Shown in pieces: positions 17,117 through 27,987 of a DNA stretch of 64,000 nucleotides. Source of the stretch: an uncultured Acidobacteriota bacterium (GTDB taxonomy: Bacteria > Acidobacteriota > Terriglobia > Terriglobales > Acidobacteriaceae). The position numbers and the translations under genes were made by a program. Position 1 is the first letter of the stretch; every line of letters starts with the position of its first letter. A model generated the notes under the pieces. That model saw nothing but the letters and a program-made list of their open reading frames with translations, had not been told where the DNA came from and made no database searches. The stretch lies in assembly GCA_963756315.1 (NCBI GenBank), contig CAVWNI010000001.1, forward strand, positions 48,801-112,800, written 5' to 3'.

Positions 17117-19761
17117 TGGGCGCGATACGCGAAGCCAGCAACCGTGTGCGATCCTTCTTTCACAAGCAGCAGCGGGATGCGGAGCTGGATGCGGAAATCT
17201 CGACGCATGTTGAGCTGGCTTTCGAAGAAAATATGCGGCAGGGCATGCCGGAGGCGGAGGCCCGGCGGCGGGCGCTGGTGCGATTCGGCGGCGTGCAGCA
17301 GGCCAAGGAGCGGCAGCGTGAGGCGCGCGGACTGCCATGGCTCGACATCCTGCTGCAGGATGTACGCTACACATTGCGTACACTGGCCCGGGATCGTGGT
17401 TTCACCATTGTCGCCGTGCTGATTCTTGCGCTGGGAATTGGCGCCAATGTCGCCGTCTTCAGCGTAGTGGATACGATTTTGCTGCGACCCCTGCCGTTTC
17501 CCGAGCCGCAGCGGTTAGTCCGAATCCTGACAAAAAATACCACGGGCGGCGAATCCAGCCAGACCTATACCGTCGATGCCACCCAGGAAATTCAGCAACG
17601 CAACAGATCATTCCAAAGCGTTACTGGATATTTTGCTTTCACCTCCAGCGACAATTACAAGTTGACAGTAGGTCAAGGCCAGCCGGTACCTGTCACAGGC
17701 ATCCTGGTGATGGGGAATTTTTTTCAGACGCTTGGCGTCGAGCCTTTTCTGGGCCGTTTGTTTACTGCAGACGAGTGTCTGCCAAACAGCCGTCCCGCCG
17801 TGCTGCTGAGCTATGCCTTCTGGAAGCGGCAGTTTGGCAGCAATCGCGGCATCCTTGGCCAGGCCATCGATCTGAGCGGCACGCCGGTGACGGTCGTCGG
17901 CGTTCTGCCGGACAGTTTCGACTTTGGTTCGGTGTTTTCGCCGGGAGCGAAGGTCGACATCTTTACTCCGTTCATCATGTCGGACTTCGAGCATGACGGA
18001 AATGATCTGGCGCTGATGGGGCGTCTCAAACCGGGAGTGACGGTGGCCCAGGCACGAGGGGAAGCCGATCTGCTTTTCCCAACGCTCGACCACGATCTGA
18101 AACGTCCGCAGTGGACCGGAGGCTACGAAGGCCGGCTGCTTGGCATGAAAGAATACGTAAGCGGGAAGCTGCGCCGGCCGCTGATTGTGTTGTGGTGCGC
18201 GGTGGGCATGATCCTGCTGATAGTCTGCGTCAACCTATCCAATCTTTTATTGGCGCGAACTGCCGCGCGAAGCAAGGAATTCGCGATGCGCAGTGCACTC
18301 GGAGCGGGGAGAGGTAGACTCATTCGGCAGTTACTGACCGAGAGCCTCATTCTTTCCAGTGCCGGATCTTTCGTTGGCCTGGGCATTGCGTTTGTCGTCA
18401 TCGAGTTTCTCGCCCACCAGGGATCGATTGCACTCCCGCTGCTGAGCAGCGTTCGCATCGATGGTTCTGCGCTGGCGTGGACCGTAGCGATTGCCATTGT
18501 CACCGCCGCTGCGTTCGGTCTTGCTCCCGGATTGAAAATGTCCGCGGGTAATCTGCAGGAGACGTTGAAGGATGCAGGCAGCGGCGCAAGTGAGGGCCGG
18601 AAGCATGAGGGACTGCGTTCCGCGCTGGTCATCTCAGAGATCGCGCTGGCTTGCGTGCTATTGGTGGGTGCCGGACTGTTGCTGCGCAGTTTTCTGCACA
18701 TCCTGGACGTTAACCTCGGCTTTGAGCCCAGCCATGCCGCGGCGATCAGTGTGGATTACAACGACGGCGGCGATGCCGCAAAGAGAGGCGCGATCTGGCA
18801 GGAGATCATCCGCCGCGTCGAAGCAACTCCCGGCATTGAAACCGATGGCATCTCCGACAATCTGCCGCTGAGTCGAAATCGGAGCTGGGGTTTTCAAGCT
18901 AAAGGGCATATCTATCGCACTGGAGATCTTGAGGACGCGTTCGTGTTTATGGTTTCTCCGGGATACCTTCGCGCAATTGGCATGCACCTGCTCGAAGGGC
19001 GTGACATTCGCTGGTCCGACACCGCGACCAGCCAGAAGGTGATCATCATCAACGACGCCATTGCTCGCGGGCTGTGGCCGGGCCAGGATCCCATTGGGCG
19101 CATCGCGCTAATTGGCGGGACAGAGGCAACGGTTATAGGAGTGATTGAGGACGTTCAAGAAAGTAGTGTTGAAGGACAAGCTGGCTGGCAGGTGTATTTG
19201 CCCGCGACGCAGTTTGGACCGGACGGAGCGCAGCTGGTGATTCGTACCAAACTGCCGCCGGACGTGCTTGCGTCCAGCGTGATGACCATCTTGCGGCAAA
19301 TCAATCCTGGCCAACCGGCCACGGAGTTCCGCCCAATTCAGGGGCTGGTGGATCACGCAGTTTCGCCGCAGCGCTTTTTTGTTCTGTTAGTCGATATTTT
19401 TGCGGCTCTGGGACTGTTCCTCGCCTCGCTCGGCATCTATGGCGTCATTTCGTATTCGGTCACCCAGCGAACCCAGGAGATTGGCATCCGTATGGCGCTG
19501 GGCGCTTCGCGATCGCGGGTACAGCTGGGCGTGATCTGGAAGACGCTGCGGCTCGCCCTGTTGGGGATGCTCGCGGGAATTGCAGCATCTTTCATCGTGG
19601 CGCAGACGATTGCGACTCTCTTGTTTGGAACCGCCCCCACCGATCCGGTAACGTTTGCCGCGACGATTCTGATCCTCACGGCGGTTGCTTTCCTGGCGGG
19701 GTATATTCCCGCACGAAGAGCTTCCCAAATCAACCCCATGGTTGCGCTCCGCAACAACTGA
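17116..19761 (+). CDS. ADOP-type duplicated FtsX/MacB-like permease with N-terminal cytoplasmic prefix domain (pair 1)
   Basis: The ATG at 17116 overlaps the PadR stop by 1 nt. A roughly 80-aa helical prefix (ELDAEISTHVELAFEENMRQGMPEAEARRRALVRFGG) precedes DVRYTLRTLARDRGFT. It contains two [TM - periplasmic domain - 3 TM] units and ends in INPMVALRNN. Confidence 0.9.
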   Translation: MGAIREASNRVRSFFHKQQRDAELDAEISTHVELAFEENMRQGMPEAEARRRALVRFGGVQQAKERQREARGLPWLDILLQDVRYTLRTLARDRGFTIVAVLILALGIGANVAVFSVVDTILLRPLPFPEPQRLVRILTKNTTGGESSQTYTVDATQEIQQRNRSFQSVTGYFAFTSSDNYKLTVGQGQPVPVTGILVMGNFFQTLGVEPFLGRLFTADECLPNSRPAVLLSYAFWKRQFGSNRGILGQAIDLSGTPVTVVGVLPDSFDFGSVFSPGAKVDIFTPFIMSDFEHDGNDLALMGRLKPGVTVAQARGEADLLFPTLDHDLKRPQWTGGYEGRLLGMKEYVSGKLRRPLIVLWCAVGMILLIVCVNLSNLLLARTAARSKEFAMRSALGAGRGRLIRQLLTESLILSSAGSFVGLGIAFVVIEFLAHQGSIALPLLSSVRIDGSALAWTVAIAIVTAAAFGLAPGLKMSAGNLQETLKDAGSGASEGRKHEGLRSALVISEIALACVLLVGAGLLLRSFLHILDVNLGFEPSHAAAISVDYNDGGDAAKRGAIWQEIIRRVEATPGIETDGISDNLPLSRNRSWGFQAKGHIYRTGDLEDAFVFMVSPGYLRAIGMHLLEGRDIRWSDTATSQKVIIINDAIARGLWPGQDPIGRIALIGGTEATVIGVIEDVQESSVEGQAGWQVYLPATQFGPDGAQLVIRTKLPPDVLASSVMTILRQINPGQPATEFRPIQGLVDHAVSPQRFFVLLVDIFAALGLFLASLGIYGVISYSVTQRTQEIGIRMALGASRSRVQLGVIWKTLRLALLGMLAGIAASFIVAQTIATLLFGTAPTDPVTFAATILILTAVAFLAGYIPARRASQINPMVALRNN

Positions 19762-19777
19762 GCCCAAGGATTGGGCT
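19761..19777 (+). terminator. Hairpin AGCCCAA-gga-TTGGGCT immediately after the permease stop (no clear U-tract)
   Basis: 7-bp perfect stem read from the sequence. A second, longer imperfect hairpin follows (arms 19787-19800 and 19838-19850), then aaattttt. Confidence 0.3.
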
Positions 19778-19897
19778 GCTGCGTCCCTGCGTAGGCCAGG
19801 CCGCGTGTCACGACGATGAACCGGGCGTGGAGAATGCCCTGGCCTAGCAGAAATTTTTAAAGCCGTCCAACCAAAATCGGCAGAAGATCCTTAAAAT

Positions 19898-19906
19898 TGG
19901 TATAAA
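19898..19906 (+). promoter_or_regulatory. Candidate extended -10 promoter (TGgTATAAA) for gltBD
   Basis: TGGTATAAA lies in the only AT-rich stretch of the 262-bp intergenic region. It would give a leader of about 110 nt before the gltB ATG. Confidence 0.35.
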
Positions 19907-20023
19907 ATAGAACCCTCCAGCACCCGTTGCAGAGCGGATTTGTGTGTCTCGCTCGCGAGATGCCGCCTGACTGTCCGCACCGTACACAGATTTCCAGATC
20001 GTGAAAGCTAAGCAGAGGAATCA

Positions 20024-23000
20024 ATGTCTAATTTCCATTCAGTTTCCGGCTTACCGCCGGCCCAGGGTCTCTACCATCCCGGCCACGAACATGATGCGTG
20101 CGGAATTGGATTTGTCGCCAGCATTCGCGGAGAGAAGAGCCACGAAATCATCCTGAAAGGGATCGAGGTTCTGATCAATCTGACGCATCGGGGAGCTTGC
20201 GGGTGCGATCCGGAGACCGGCGACGGCGCCGGCATTCTGATCCAGATTCCACATCGTTTCTTCGCGCGCGAGTGTAAGCAGCTGGGTTTTGAGTTGCCCG
20301 AGCCGGGCGCCTATGCGGCAGGCATGGTTTTTCTGCCGGTGGAGAAGCTGAACCGGCTGCAGTGTGAAGGAATCTTCGAAGAAATTGTGCGGGATGAAGG
20401 GCTAACCGTTTTGGGCTGGCGGGACACGCCTTGCGATGGCAATGCCATCGGTCGTGTGGCGCGGGCGAGCCAACCTTACATTCAGCAGATTTTTATCGGA
20501 AAGCCTGCGGAACTGGATGAGGATGCCTTCGAGCGCAAGCTATTTGTGGTTCGCAAGCGGACCGAACGCGCGATTGCCGCCTCTGAAATAGAGGATAAGG
20601 AGGTCTTTTACATTCCCTCCCTTTCCGCCCGCACCATTATTTACAAAGGTCTTTTGCTGGCTCCGCAAATCGCGAGCTTCTACGGGGAATTGTCCGATCC
20701 TGAAGTTACCAGTGCCCTTTGCCTGGTGCATCAGCGTTTTTCGACGAACACGTTTCCCAGCTGGCGCCTGGCGCACCCGTTCCGTTACGTAGCGCATAAC
20801 GGCGAAATCAACACGTTGCGAGGCAACGTGAACTGGATGCAGGCACGGCAGTCGATTCTGTCTTCCCCGGCATTCGGCGACGACATGGCGAAGGTGTTTC
20901 CCATCATTGAGGAGGGCAGCAGCGATTCCTCAGCCTTCGACAATGCGGTGGAACTGCTCTATCAGTCTGGCCGGTCGATGCCACATGTCATGTCCATGTT
21001 GATTCCAGAGTCCTGGTCTGGCAATCCGCACATGAACAACGACAAGCGGGCGTTCTACGAGTACCACGCATCCCTGATGGAGCCCTGGGATGGCCCCGCG
21101 GCGATTGCCTTTACAGACGGGCGAGTCATTGGAGCGTCGCTCGATCGCAATGGATTGCGGCCGGGCCGCTACGTCGTTACCAAGGATGACATCGTAGTGC
21201 TGGCGTCTGAGGCGGGCGTTCTCGATATTCCCGCTGTAAACGTAAAGAAAAAGGGTCGCCTGCAGCCGGGCAAGATGTTCCTGGTCGACACGGTGCAACA
21301 GCGCATCATTTCCGATAAAGAGATCAAGCAGCAGCTTGCGTCTCGCCAGCCGTACGACGAATGGTTGAAGCAGAACCAGATCACGCTGGATCAATTGCCG
21401 GAGCCCTCGCGCGTGTATGCGGCCAATCCCGGGACGCTGTTGCGGCGGCAACGGGTGTTTGGCTACACCGAAGAAGACATGAAGATGATCCTGGAGCCGA
21501 TGGCAAGCAAGGGAGAGGAGCCGATTGGCTCCATGGGAACCGACACTCCGCTGGCTTGTTTGTCGGACCGGCCGCAGATGCTGTTTAGTTATTTCAAGCA
21601 GCTGTTTGCCCAGGTGACAAATCCGCCGATTGACCCCATCCGCGAAGAGATGGTGATGTCGTTGATCAGCTTTATCGGCAGCGAGAGAAACATTCTGGCG
21701 GAGACGCCCAAGAACTGCCATACCTTGAAGTTGCCTCACGCCATCCTGAACAATCGGGAACTGGAAAAGCTGCGTCGCGTATCGACCGGAGATTTGCTGG
21801 CAACAACCTTGTCCACGCTGTTTCGGGTGGAAGACGGCGAGGCGGGCTTGCGGCGCGCGCTCGATGAGCTATGCCAGCGGGCATCGCTGGCTGTGCGCTC
21901 GGGATATACGTTGTTTATCCTTTCAGACCGGGGAGCGGATGCGCAGTATGCTCCTATTCCCAGTCTGCTGGCGCTGGCCGCAGTTCACTATTTGCTGGTG
22001 CGTGAAGAGACGCGGACACAGGTTGCGCTGATCCTGGAGTCGGGAGAGCCGCGCGAGGTGATGCATTTTGCGTTGCTCATCGGCTTCGGCGCCAGCGCCA
22101 TCAACCCATATCTGGCATTCGATTCGATACGGGACCTGGCGCATCGCGGCTATCTCGCCAATGGCGTCACACCCGATGCCGCTGTAAAGAATTTCATTAA
22201 GGCAACGAACAAGGGATTGTTGAAGACGTTCTCGAAAATGGGAATCTCCACATTACAGAGCTATCGGGGAGCCCAGGTATTCGAGGCCATCGGCTTGAAC
22301 AAGGACCTGGTGGAAACGTATTTCCAGGGAACTGCTTCCAGGATCGAAGGAGTGGGACTCGATGTATTGGCACGCGAAGCGCAGATCAAGCACGAGTACG
22401 CTTTTGCTCCTTTGACCGATTCGCAGACGGATCTGTCGGTGGGCGGTACATACCACTACCGGGTAGACGGGGAATATCACCTGTTAAACCCGGAAACGAT
22501 CGGCAAGCTGCAACATGCGGTGCAACAGGGCAATCCGAAAACGTTTAAGGAATACACCGACCTGATTGACCAGCAGAGCCGCAACATGTGCACGCTTCGC
22601 AGCCTGATGCGCATCAAGGAATCGAAGACTCCGGTTCCGCTGGAAGAAGTTGAGCCTGCCAAGGAGATCGTCAAGCGTTTCACGACCGGAGCCATGTCGT
22701 TTGGCTCGATCAGCAAGGAAGCGCACGAAACGCTTGCCATCGCGATGAACCGCATTGGCGGCATGTCGAATACGGGCGAGGGTGGCGAGGATGAGCGGCG
22801 TTTTACTGCGGACGACAATGGAGATTTGCGTCGCAGCGCGGTGAAGCAGATTGCGTCGGGACGCTTTGGAGTCACGACGAACTATCTGATTAACGCGGAC
22901 GAAATCCAGATCAAGATGGCCCAGGGCGCCAAGCCGGGAGAGGGCGGCCAGCTGCCTGGACATAAGGTTGACGAGATTATCGCCCGTCTTCGTCACTCCA

Positions 23001-24607
23001 TTCCAGGAGTGGGACTGATCTCACCGCCTCCGCACCACGACATCTACTCCATTGAAGACCTGGCGCAGTTGATCTATGACTTGAAAAATGTAAACCCGAG
23101 AGCTCGCATTGCCGTGAAGCTGGTCTCGGAAGTTGGAGTCGGTACGGTAGCAGCCGGTGTTTCGAAGGCTCATGCCGACGTGGTACTGATCAGCGGAGAC
23201 AGCGGAGGAACGGGCGCTGCGCCGCTCAGCTCCATCAAACACGCCGGAATCCCGTGGGAGCTAGGACTTGCAGAAACCCAGCAGGTTTTGCTGCTGAACG
23301 ATCTGCGCAGCCGCATTCGAGTGCAGACGGATGGTAAGTTGCAGACAGGACGGGATGTCGTGATTGCTGCGTTGCTGGGCGCGGAAGAGTTTGGTTTTGC
23401 CACGGCGCCGCTGATTACCATGGGCTGCATCATGATTCGCAAGTGCCATTTGAACACCTGCCCCGTGGGGATCGCCACACAGGATCCAGAACTTCGCAAG
23501 CGGTTCCAGGGCCAGCCCGAGCACGTGATCAACTTTTTCTTTTTCCTGGCGGAGCAGGTTCGCGAGTATATGGCAAAGCTCGGTTTCCGCACCGTAAACG
23601 AGATGGTGGGTCGCGTGGATATGCTGGAAACGCACTTAGCGATCGATCATTGGAAGGCGAAGGGCATCGATCTTGCGTCAATTTTGTACCACCCGCCATT
23701 GCCCGCCCGCGTCGCCCGGCACTGTGTCCACAAGCAGGACCATGGTCTGGAGCAGGCACTCGATCATCGACTGATCGAACTTGCTCAGCCGGCGCTCGAC
23801 GATCGACAACCGGTGGAGGTCTCGCTGCCCATCCGCAATATCCACCGCACGGTGGGCGCGATGCTTGGCGGTGAGGTGGTGCGGCGCTATGGTTCGCAGG
23901 GCCTGCCTGAGGAAACGATCCAGTTCCGGTTCCAGGGATCTGCGGGTCAAAGTTTCGGAGCGTTTCTGCCCAGCGGAATCACTCTGACGCTGGAGGGAGA
24001 AGCCAACGACTACGTGGGCAAGGGGCTTTCCGGCGGCCGGATCATCATTTTCCCGCCACGCAATTCCAGCTTCCAGCCGGAAGAGAGCATTCTTGCCGGC
24101 AACGTGATTCTCTATGGCGCGACCAGCGGCGAAGTCTTTCTGAATGGAATCGCCGGGGAACGTTTTGCCGTCCGCAACTCCGGTGCAACCGCTGTCGTGG
24201 AGGGTGTGGGAGATCACGGCTGCGAATATATGACCAATGGGCTGGTAGTCGTACTGGGCGCGTGTGGCCGCAACTTCGCCGCTGGAATGAACGGTGGGAT
24301 CGCATACGTCTTCGACGATCGCGGAGATTTCAAGGAGAAGCGCTGCAACCCGGCGTCGGTGGATTTGGAGGCAGTTACGGACGAGCAGGACATCGAAGAT
24401 CTGCAGACGCTGATCACCCGCCACCGCGATCTGACCGGAAGTCCGCGTGCCGGTTGGATTCTAGCCAACTGGGCGGAGAGCTTGCCAAAGTTCATCAAAG
24501 TGTTTCCGCAGGAATATAAGCGCGTGCTTCGCAGTCGAACGGAAGCACATGTTTCAGCAGGAGAGATTCCTACATTGACCACAATCGAGCAGGTGCAGCA
24601 TGGGTAA
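20024..24607 (+). CDS. gltB: Glutamate synthase (GOGAT) large subunit
   Basis: 1527 aa. N-terminal amidotransferase begins with Cys ([10 protein letters not shown]). FMN domain (GEGGE...[16 protein letters not shown]), 3Fe-4S Cys motif region ([15 protein letters not shown]) and a C-terminal GXGXG beta-helix are all present. Confidence 0.97.
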   Translation: MSNFHSVSGLPPAQGLYHPGHEHDACGIGFVASIRGEKSHEIILKGIEVLINLTHRGACGCDPETGDGAGILIQIPHRFFARECKQLGFELPEPGAYAAGMVFLPVEKLNRLQCEGIFEEIVRDEGLTVLGWRDTPCDGNAIGRVARASQPYIQQIFIGKPAELDEDAFERKLFVVRKRTERAIAASEIEDKEVFYIPSLSARTIIYKGLLLAPQIASFYGELSDPEVTSALCLVHQRFSTNTFPSWRLAHPFRYVAHNGEINTLRGNVNWMQARQSILSSPAFGDDMAKVFPIIEEGSSDSSAFDNAVELLYQSGRSMPHVMSMLIPESWSGNPHMNNDKRAFYEYHASLMEPWDGPAAIAFTDGRVIGASLDRNGLRPGRYVVTKDDIVVLASEAGVLDIPAVNVKKKGRLQPGKMFLVDTVQQRIISDKEIKQQLASRQPYDEWLKQNQITLDQLPEPSRVYAANPGTLLRRQRVFGYTEEDMKMILEPMASKGEEPIGSMGTDTPLACLSDRPQMLFSYFKQLFAQVTNPPIDPIREEMVMSLISFIGSERNILAETPKNCHTLKLPHAILNNRELEKLRRVSTGDLLATTLSTLFRVEDGEAGLRRALDELCQRASLAVRSGYTLFILSDRGADAQYAPIPSLLALAAVHYLLVREETRTQVALILESGEPREVMHFALLIGFGASAINPYLAFDSIRDLAHRGYLANGVTPDAAVKNFIKATNKGLLKTFSKMGISTLQSYRGAQVFEAIGLNKDLVETYFQGTASRIEGVGLDVLAREAQIKHEYAFAPLTDSQTDLSVGGTYHYRVDGEYHLLNPETIGKLQHAVQQGNPKTFKEYTDLIDQQSRNMCTLRSLMRIKESKTPVPLEEVEPAKEIVKRFTTGAMSFGSISKEAHETLAIAMNRIGGMSNTGEGGEDERRFTADDNGDLRRSAVKQIASGRFGVTTNYLINADEIQIKMAQGAKPGEGGQLPGHKVDEIIARLRHSIPGVGLISPPPHHDIYSIEDLAQLIYDLKNVNPRARIAVKLVSEVGVGTVAAGVSKAHADVVLISGDSGGTGAAPLSSIKHAGIPWELGLAETQQVLLLNDLRSRIRVQTDGKLQTGRDVVIAALLGAEEFGFATAPLITMGCIMIRKCHLNTCPVGIATQDPELRKRFQGQPEHVINFFFFLAEQVREYMAKLGFRTVNEMVGRVDMLETHLAIDHWKAKGIDLASILYHPPLPARVARHCVHKQDHGLEQALDHRLIELAQPALDDRQPVEVSLPIRNIHRTVGAMLGGEVVRRYGSQGLPEETIQFRFQGSAGQSFGAFLPSGITLTLEGEANDYVGKGLSGGRIIIFPPRNSSFQPEESILAGNVILYGATSGEVFLNGIAGERFAVRNSGATAVVEGVGDHGCEYMTNGLVVVLGACGRNFAAGMNGGIAYVFDDRGDFKEKRCNPASVDLEAVTDEQDIEDLQTLITRHRDLTGSPRAGWILANWAESLPKFIKVFPQEYKRVLRSRTEAHVSAGEIPTLTTIEQVQHG

Positions 24608-26063
24608 AACCACCGGATTCATGGAATATTCGCGCGAGCTTCCCGAGCGCCGTCCGGTCGAGGAACGCGTCAACGACTGGGTTGAGATTTATCGTGCGTT
24701 TCCGGAAGAGAAGCAACAGCAGCAGGCCGCGCGATGCATGGACTGCGGAGTTCCCTTCTGCCATACCGGCTGCCCGGTCAACAACATCATTCCCGACTGG
24801 AATGACCTGGTGTATCGCGGACGATGGAAAGAAGCGATACGGCGTCTGCACGCCACCAATAACTTTCCTGAATTTACCGGGAGAATTTGTCCTGCGCCAT
24901 GCGAGGCGGCATGCGTGCTTGGCATCAATGCCCCGGCAGTGACGATCAAGCAGATCGAAAAAAACATCATCGAGCATGCCTACGAGGAAGGCTGGGTCCA
25001 TCCGGAGCCGCCGTCATTTACCACGGGAAAAGCGGTCGCGATCGTAGGTTCGGGCCCGGCTGGGCTGGCGGCGGCACAACAGCTTCGCCGCGCGGGCCAT
25101 GCGGTCACGGTATTTGAGAAGGCCGACCGCATTGGCGGATTGATGCGCTACGGAATTCCTAATTTCAAGCTGGAGAAAACGGTCCTCGATCGGCGTCTCG
25201 AGCAAATGCAGGCGGAAGGCGTCGAGTTCGTCACCGGCGCGCATGTCGGACAGAACCTGCCGATTGCAGACCTTCAGCGAGACTTTGACGCCATTCTGCT
25301 GGCCGGCGGGGCGGAACAGCCGCGCGATCTTGCCGTGCCGGGCCGGGAGCTGAAAGGCATTCATTTCGCCATGGAGTTTCTGCCGCAGCAGAATCGCCGA
25401 TGCGAAGGCGACGCAGTACCGGAAAGCGAAGCCATCCTGGCGACCGGCAAGCGAGTCGTCATCATCGGCGGCGGGGATACAGGCGCGGATTGCCTGGGGA
25501 CCGCGCACCGGCAGAAGGCGCTGTCCGTCGAGCAATTTGAAATCATGCCGGCGCCGCCCGCCACACGCTCACCGCTGACGCCCTGGCCGTTGTGGCCGAT
25601 GCAGCTCCGCGTGGAGGGCGCGCATGAGGAAGGCGGAAAGCGGAGCTGGAGTCTGGCCACGACGAAGTTTACCGGAGACGATCGCGGCAACGTGAAGCAG
25701 CTGCACGGAGTCCAAGTCGGCTCTCCACCCAAGTTCGAGCCGCAACCCGGCAGTGAATTTGTCATGGAAGCTGACCTGGTGTTGCTTGCCATGGGCTTTT
25801 TGGGCCCGGTTCGCAACGGCCTGATTGAGAAGCTGGGAGTGGTCCTGGATCCCAGGGGAAATGTGGCGACCAACGCCGATTACATGACCTCGGTTGAGGG
25901 TGTGTTTGCCGCCGGAGATCTGCGGCGGGGACAATCACTGGTTGTGTGGGCCATCTCCGAAGGGCGGAAAGCGGCTGCGTCCATCGATCAGTATTTGACT
26001 TCTTTTCCAAACGTTGTGGCAGCCAGCTCCGAAGCAGCCGTCAAGGTCAATTCCCGCGGATAA
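24600..26063 (+). CDS. gltD: Glutamate synthase small subunit (NADPH-dependent)
   Basis: [11 protein letters not shown] and CPAPCEAAC Fe-S cysteine clusters, plus the dinucleotide fold [14 protein letters not shown]. The ATG overlaps the gltB stop (ATGGGTAA). Confidence 0.95.
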   Translation: MGKTTGFMEYSRELPERRPVEERVNDWVEIYRAFPEEKQQQQAARCMDCGVPFCHTGCPVNNIIPDWNDLVYRGRWKEAIRRLHATNNFPEFTGRICPAPCEAACVLGINAPAVTIKQIEKNIIEHAYEEGWVHPEPPSFTTGKAVAIVGSGPAGLAAAQQLRRAGHAVTVFEKADRIGGLMRYGIPNFKLEKTVLDRRLEQMQAEGVEFVTGAHVGQNLPIADLQRDFDAILLAGGAEQPRDLAVPGRELKGIHFAMEFLPQQNRRCEGDAVPESEAILATGKRVVIIGGGDTGADCLGTAHRQKALSVEQFEIMPAPPATRSPLTPWPLWPMQLRVEGAHEEGGKRSWSLATTKFTGDDRGNVKQLHGVQVGSPPKFEPQPGSEFVMEADLVLLAMGFLGPVRNGLIEKLGVVLDPRGNVATNADYMTSVEGVFAAGDLRRGQSLVVWAISEGRKAAASIDQYLTSFPNVVAASSEAAVKVNSRG

Positions 26064-26156
26064 GCGAGCGCCACAACAGTGGTCCGTGCCGGCGTTCGTT
26101 GGCCTGTCCGCGATTCTCAGGCGGCGGTAGAATGATTGTCGTCAGAGGTTCGGGGC

Positions 26157-26489
26157 ATGTTGGTGGAGATCGCCAAGCCGTTTGCCTTGCTGCTTTGCAT
26201 GGTCTCGTTGTGCGCCCTTTTTTTTACCGCGTTTCTGGCTCCCTCGGGCGATCTGCAGCAGCGAATCTTAGACTCCCTGGAAATGCTGGCGCTGGCCGGC
26301 GGAATTTCCCTGATGAGCGGATTGATTTTTCGCGACTCGGAACCCGAACATTCCACCGACCACGCGCGGCTCGCAGCCACCCTTCCCATACAGGTGTTCT
26401 GCTGGGCAACGGGCACGATGGTCATCCTGTTCGTCGTTTCGTGGTATTTAGAAACTCACTGCATATTCTTCCGGAATATCAACTTCTGA
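26157..26489 (+). CDS. Small hypothetical membrane protein (3-4 TM)
   Basis: The hydrophobic ORF MLVEIAKPFALLLCMVSLCALFF... has GC-rich third codon positions and a GAGG about 8 nt upstream. I recognise no family. Confidence 0.45.
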   Translation: MLVEIAKPFALLLCMVSLCALFFTAFLAPSGDLQQRILDSLEMLALAGGISLMSGLIFRDSEPEHSTDHARLAATLPIQVFCWATGTMVILFVVSWYLETHCIFFRNINF

Positions 26490-26511
26490 AGCTGAGCGCG
26501 GAGAGAGGCTG

Positions 26512-27987
26512 CTACGGCTCGGTGCGTAGAAGCGTGACATTGGACATGGTTGGAAGGCGGACCTCGGCACGGCACCCGGGTGCATCGTCACGGTTGGCCA
26601 AAGTCAGCGTGCCTCCATGGGCTTCAATGATTTGCAGCGCAAGCACTAATCCAATTCCAGTGCCGCCGGGCTTGGTGGTATAAAACGGAACGAAAAGATT
26701 GGCTGGATTCGCCAGTCCAATTCCATTGTCTTCGACGCGAATCACGACGCTGTCGGGCCGCCTTTTTCCTACGACCGTTACATGCGCCGCCAGTTTATCC
26801 TGGTGAGCCTGCATGGCCGCGTCGGTCGCATTGCGAATCAGATTGATCAGCGCCTGTTCCAGCTGGGCCGCGTCGGCGTGAACATGGGTATCTTCCGCGA
26901 CATCGAGCGTGACTTTCAGCCTGGTCTCAAGATGGCAGACGCGCTCCAGTAGAGGAACCGCGGGAAACGTCGTCTTGACGGGGGCAGGCAGTTTGGCGAG
27001 CTGGCTGTACGCCTGCAGAAAACGGTTCAACGACTCCGCTCTCTCTTCGATGATCGCCAGCCCATGCTCCATGTCTACCGGATTTACGGCCCGATTCTGA
27101 GGATCGCTGGCGCCGGTCCAGCCAGTGGGCTGCGGAGCCGGGATCCATTGCACCCGCGAGCGAAGGCTGCTGGCGATCGATTTGATGGGTGTCAGAGAGT
27201 TATTGACCTCATGAGCCAGCACACGAATCAACCGCTGCCACGCCTGACGTTCCTGTTCCCGCAACACTCCGCTCACATCGGAAAGCAGCAACAGAGTGTG
27301 AGGCATACCGTTCTGATAAAACTTGCTGCGCCTCACCATCCATCGACCTTCTCGCCCATGCATGGCCAGGGAAACGACGCTGTTGTCAGGACAATCCAGA
27401 ATCTCCATCAGTCCGAGAGAATGCGCGCTTTGATGTAAAGTCGAATCTGCCGGAAGCTGAAGCATCTTCAGCGCCGCCGGATTGGTCAACTGCAAATCCG
27501 AGGCGGAATCGAAGGCGAAGACGGGCAGATCCATGGTTTCGACGACGCGCTCCAGCAGAGCAAACGTCTCCGATTCTCGATGCCGGCGCGTACGAAGATC
27601 GCCGGCCAGCTCATTGATCTGCGCGGCCAGGTCGCCGAGGGCATCTCCCTGTCCTATCTCGCGTGCGCGAAAGGAATACTCATTTTCCCGCAACGCCGAG
27701 ACAACGTTGGAGAGCGTTTGCAATGGTCGCACAATATGCTGGAACACCGCCGAACCCAGCGATGCCAGAAGGATGACAAGAACAGACAGGACACACAGCC
27801 AGATCAGGATGGAGGCATGCCACATATACAGGGCGACACACCCTAACGCGAGGGTTGGGAGCGCGAGCAGCACGAGCAATCCGGCCAGGCGAAGCTCAAA
27901 ACGAAGACGCGGAATTTTGAAGCCGATGGCAGGACGAGACGGCGGAGAAGAGGAATTTCGTTCACGATTCGCCGCATTAGATACCAT
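26512..27987 (-). CDS. Sensor histidine kinase with two closely spaced TM segments (no periplasmic domain), HAMP, PAS-like, HisKA and HATPase_c
   Basis: TM1 and TM2 are separated by about 3 residues (YMW-HAS-ILIW). H-box is LAHEVNNSLTPI. G-boxes are DNGIGL and GGTGIGL. The start overlaps the regulator stop by 11 nt. Confidence 0.9.
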   Translation of the reverse strand: MVSNAANRERNSSSPPSRPAIGFKIPRLRFELRLAGLLVLLALPTLALGCVALYMWHASILIWLCVLSVLVILLASLGSAVFQHIVRPLQTLSNVVSALRENEYSFRAREIGQGDALGDLAAQINELAGDLRTRRHRESETFALLERVVETMDLPVFAFDSASDLQLTNPAALKMLQLPADSTLHQSAHSLGLMEILDCPDNSVVSLAMHGREGRWMVRRSKFYQNGMPHTLLLLSDVSGVLREQERQAWQRLIRVLAHEVNNSLTPIKSIASSLRSRVQWIPAPQPTGWTGASDPQNRAVNPVDMEHGLAIIEERAESLNRFLQAYSQLAKLPAPVKTTFPAVPLLERVCHLETRLKVTLDVAEDTHVHADAAQLEQALINLIRNATDAAMQAHQDKLAAHVTVVGKRRPDSVVIRVEDNGIGLANPANLFVPFYTTKPGGTGIGLVLALQIIEAHGGTLTLANRDDAPGCRAEVRLPTMSNVTLLRTEP

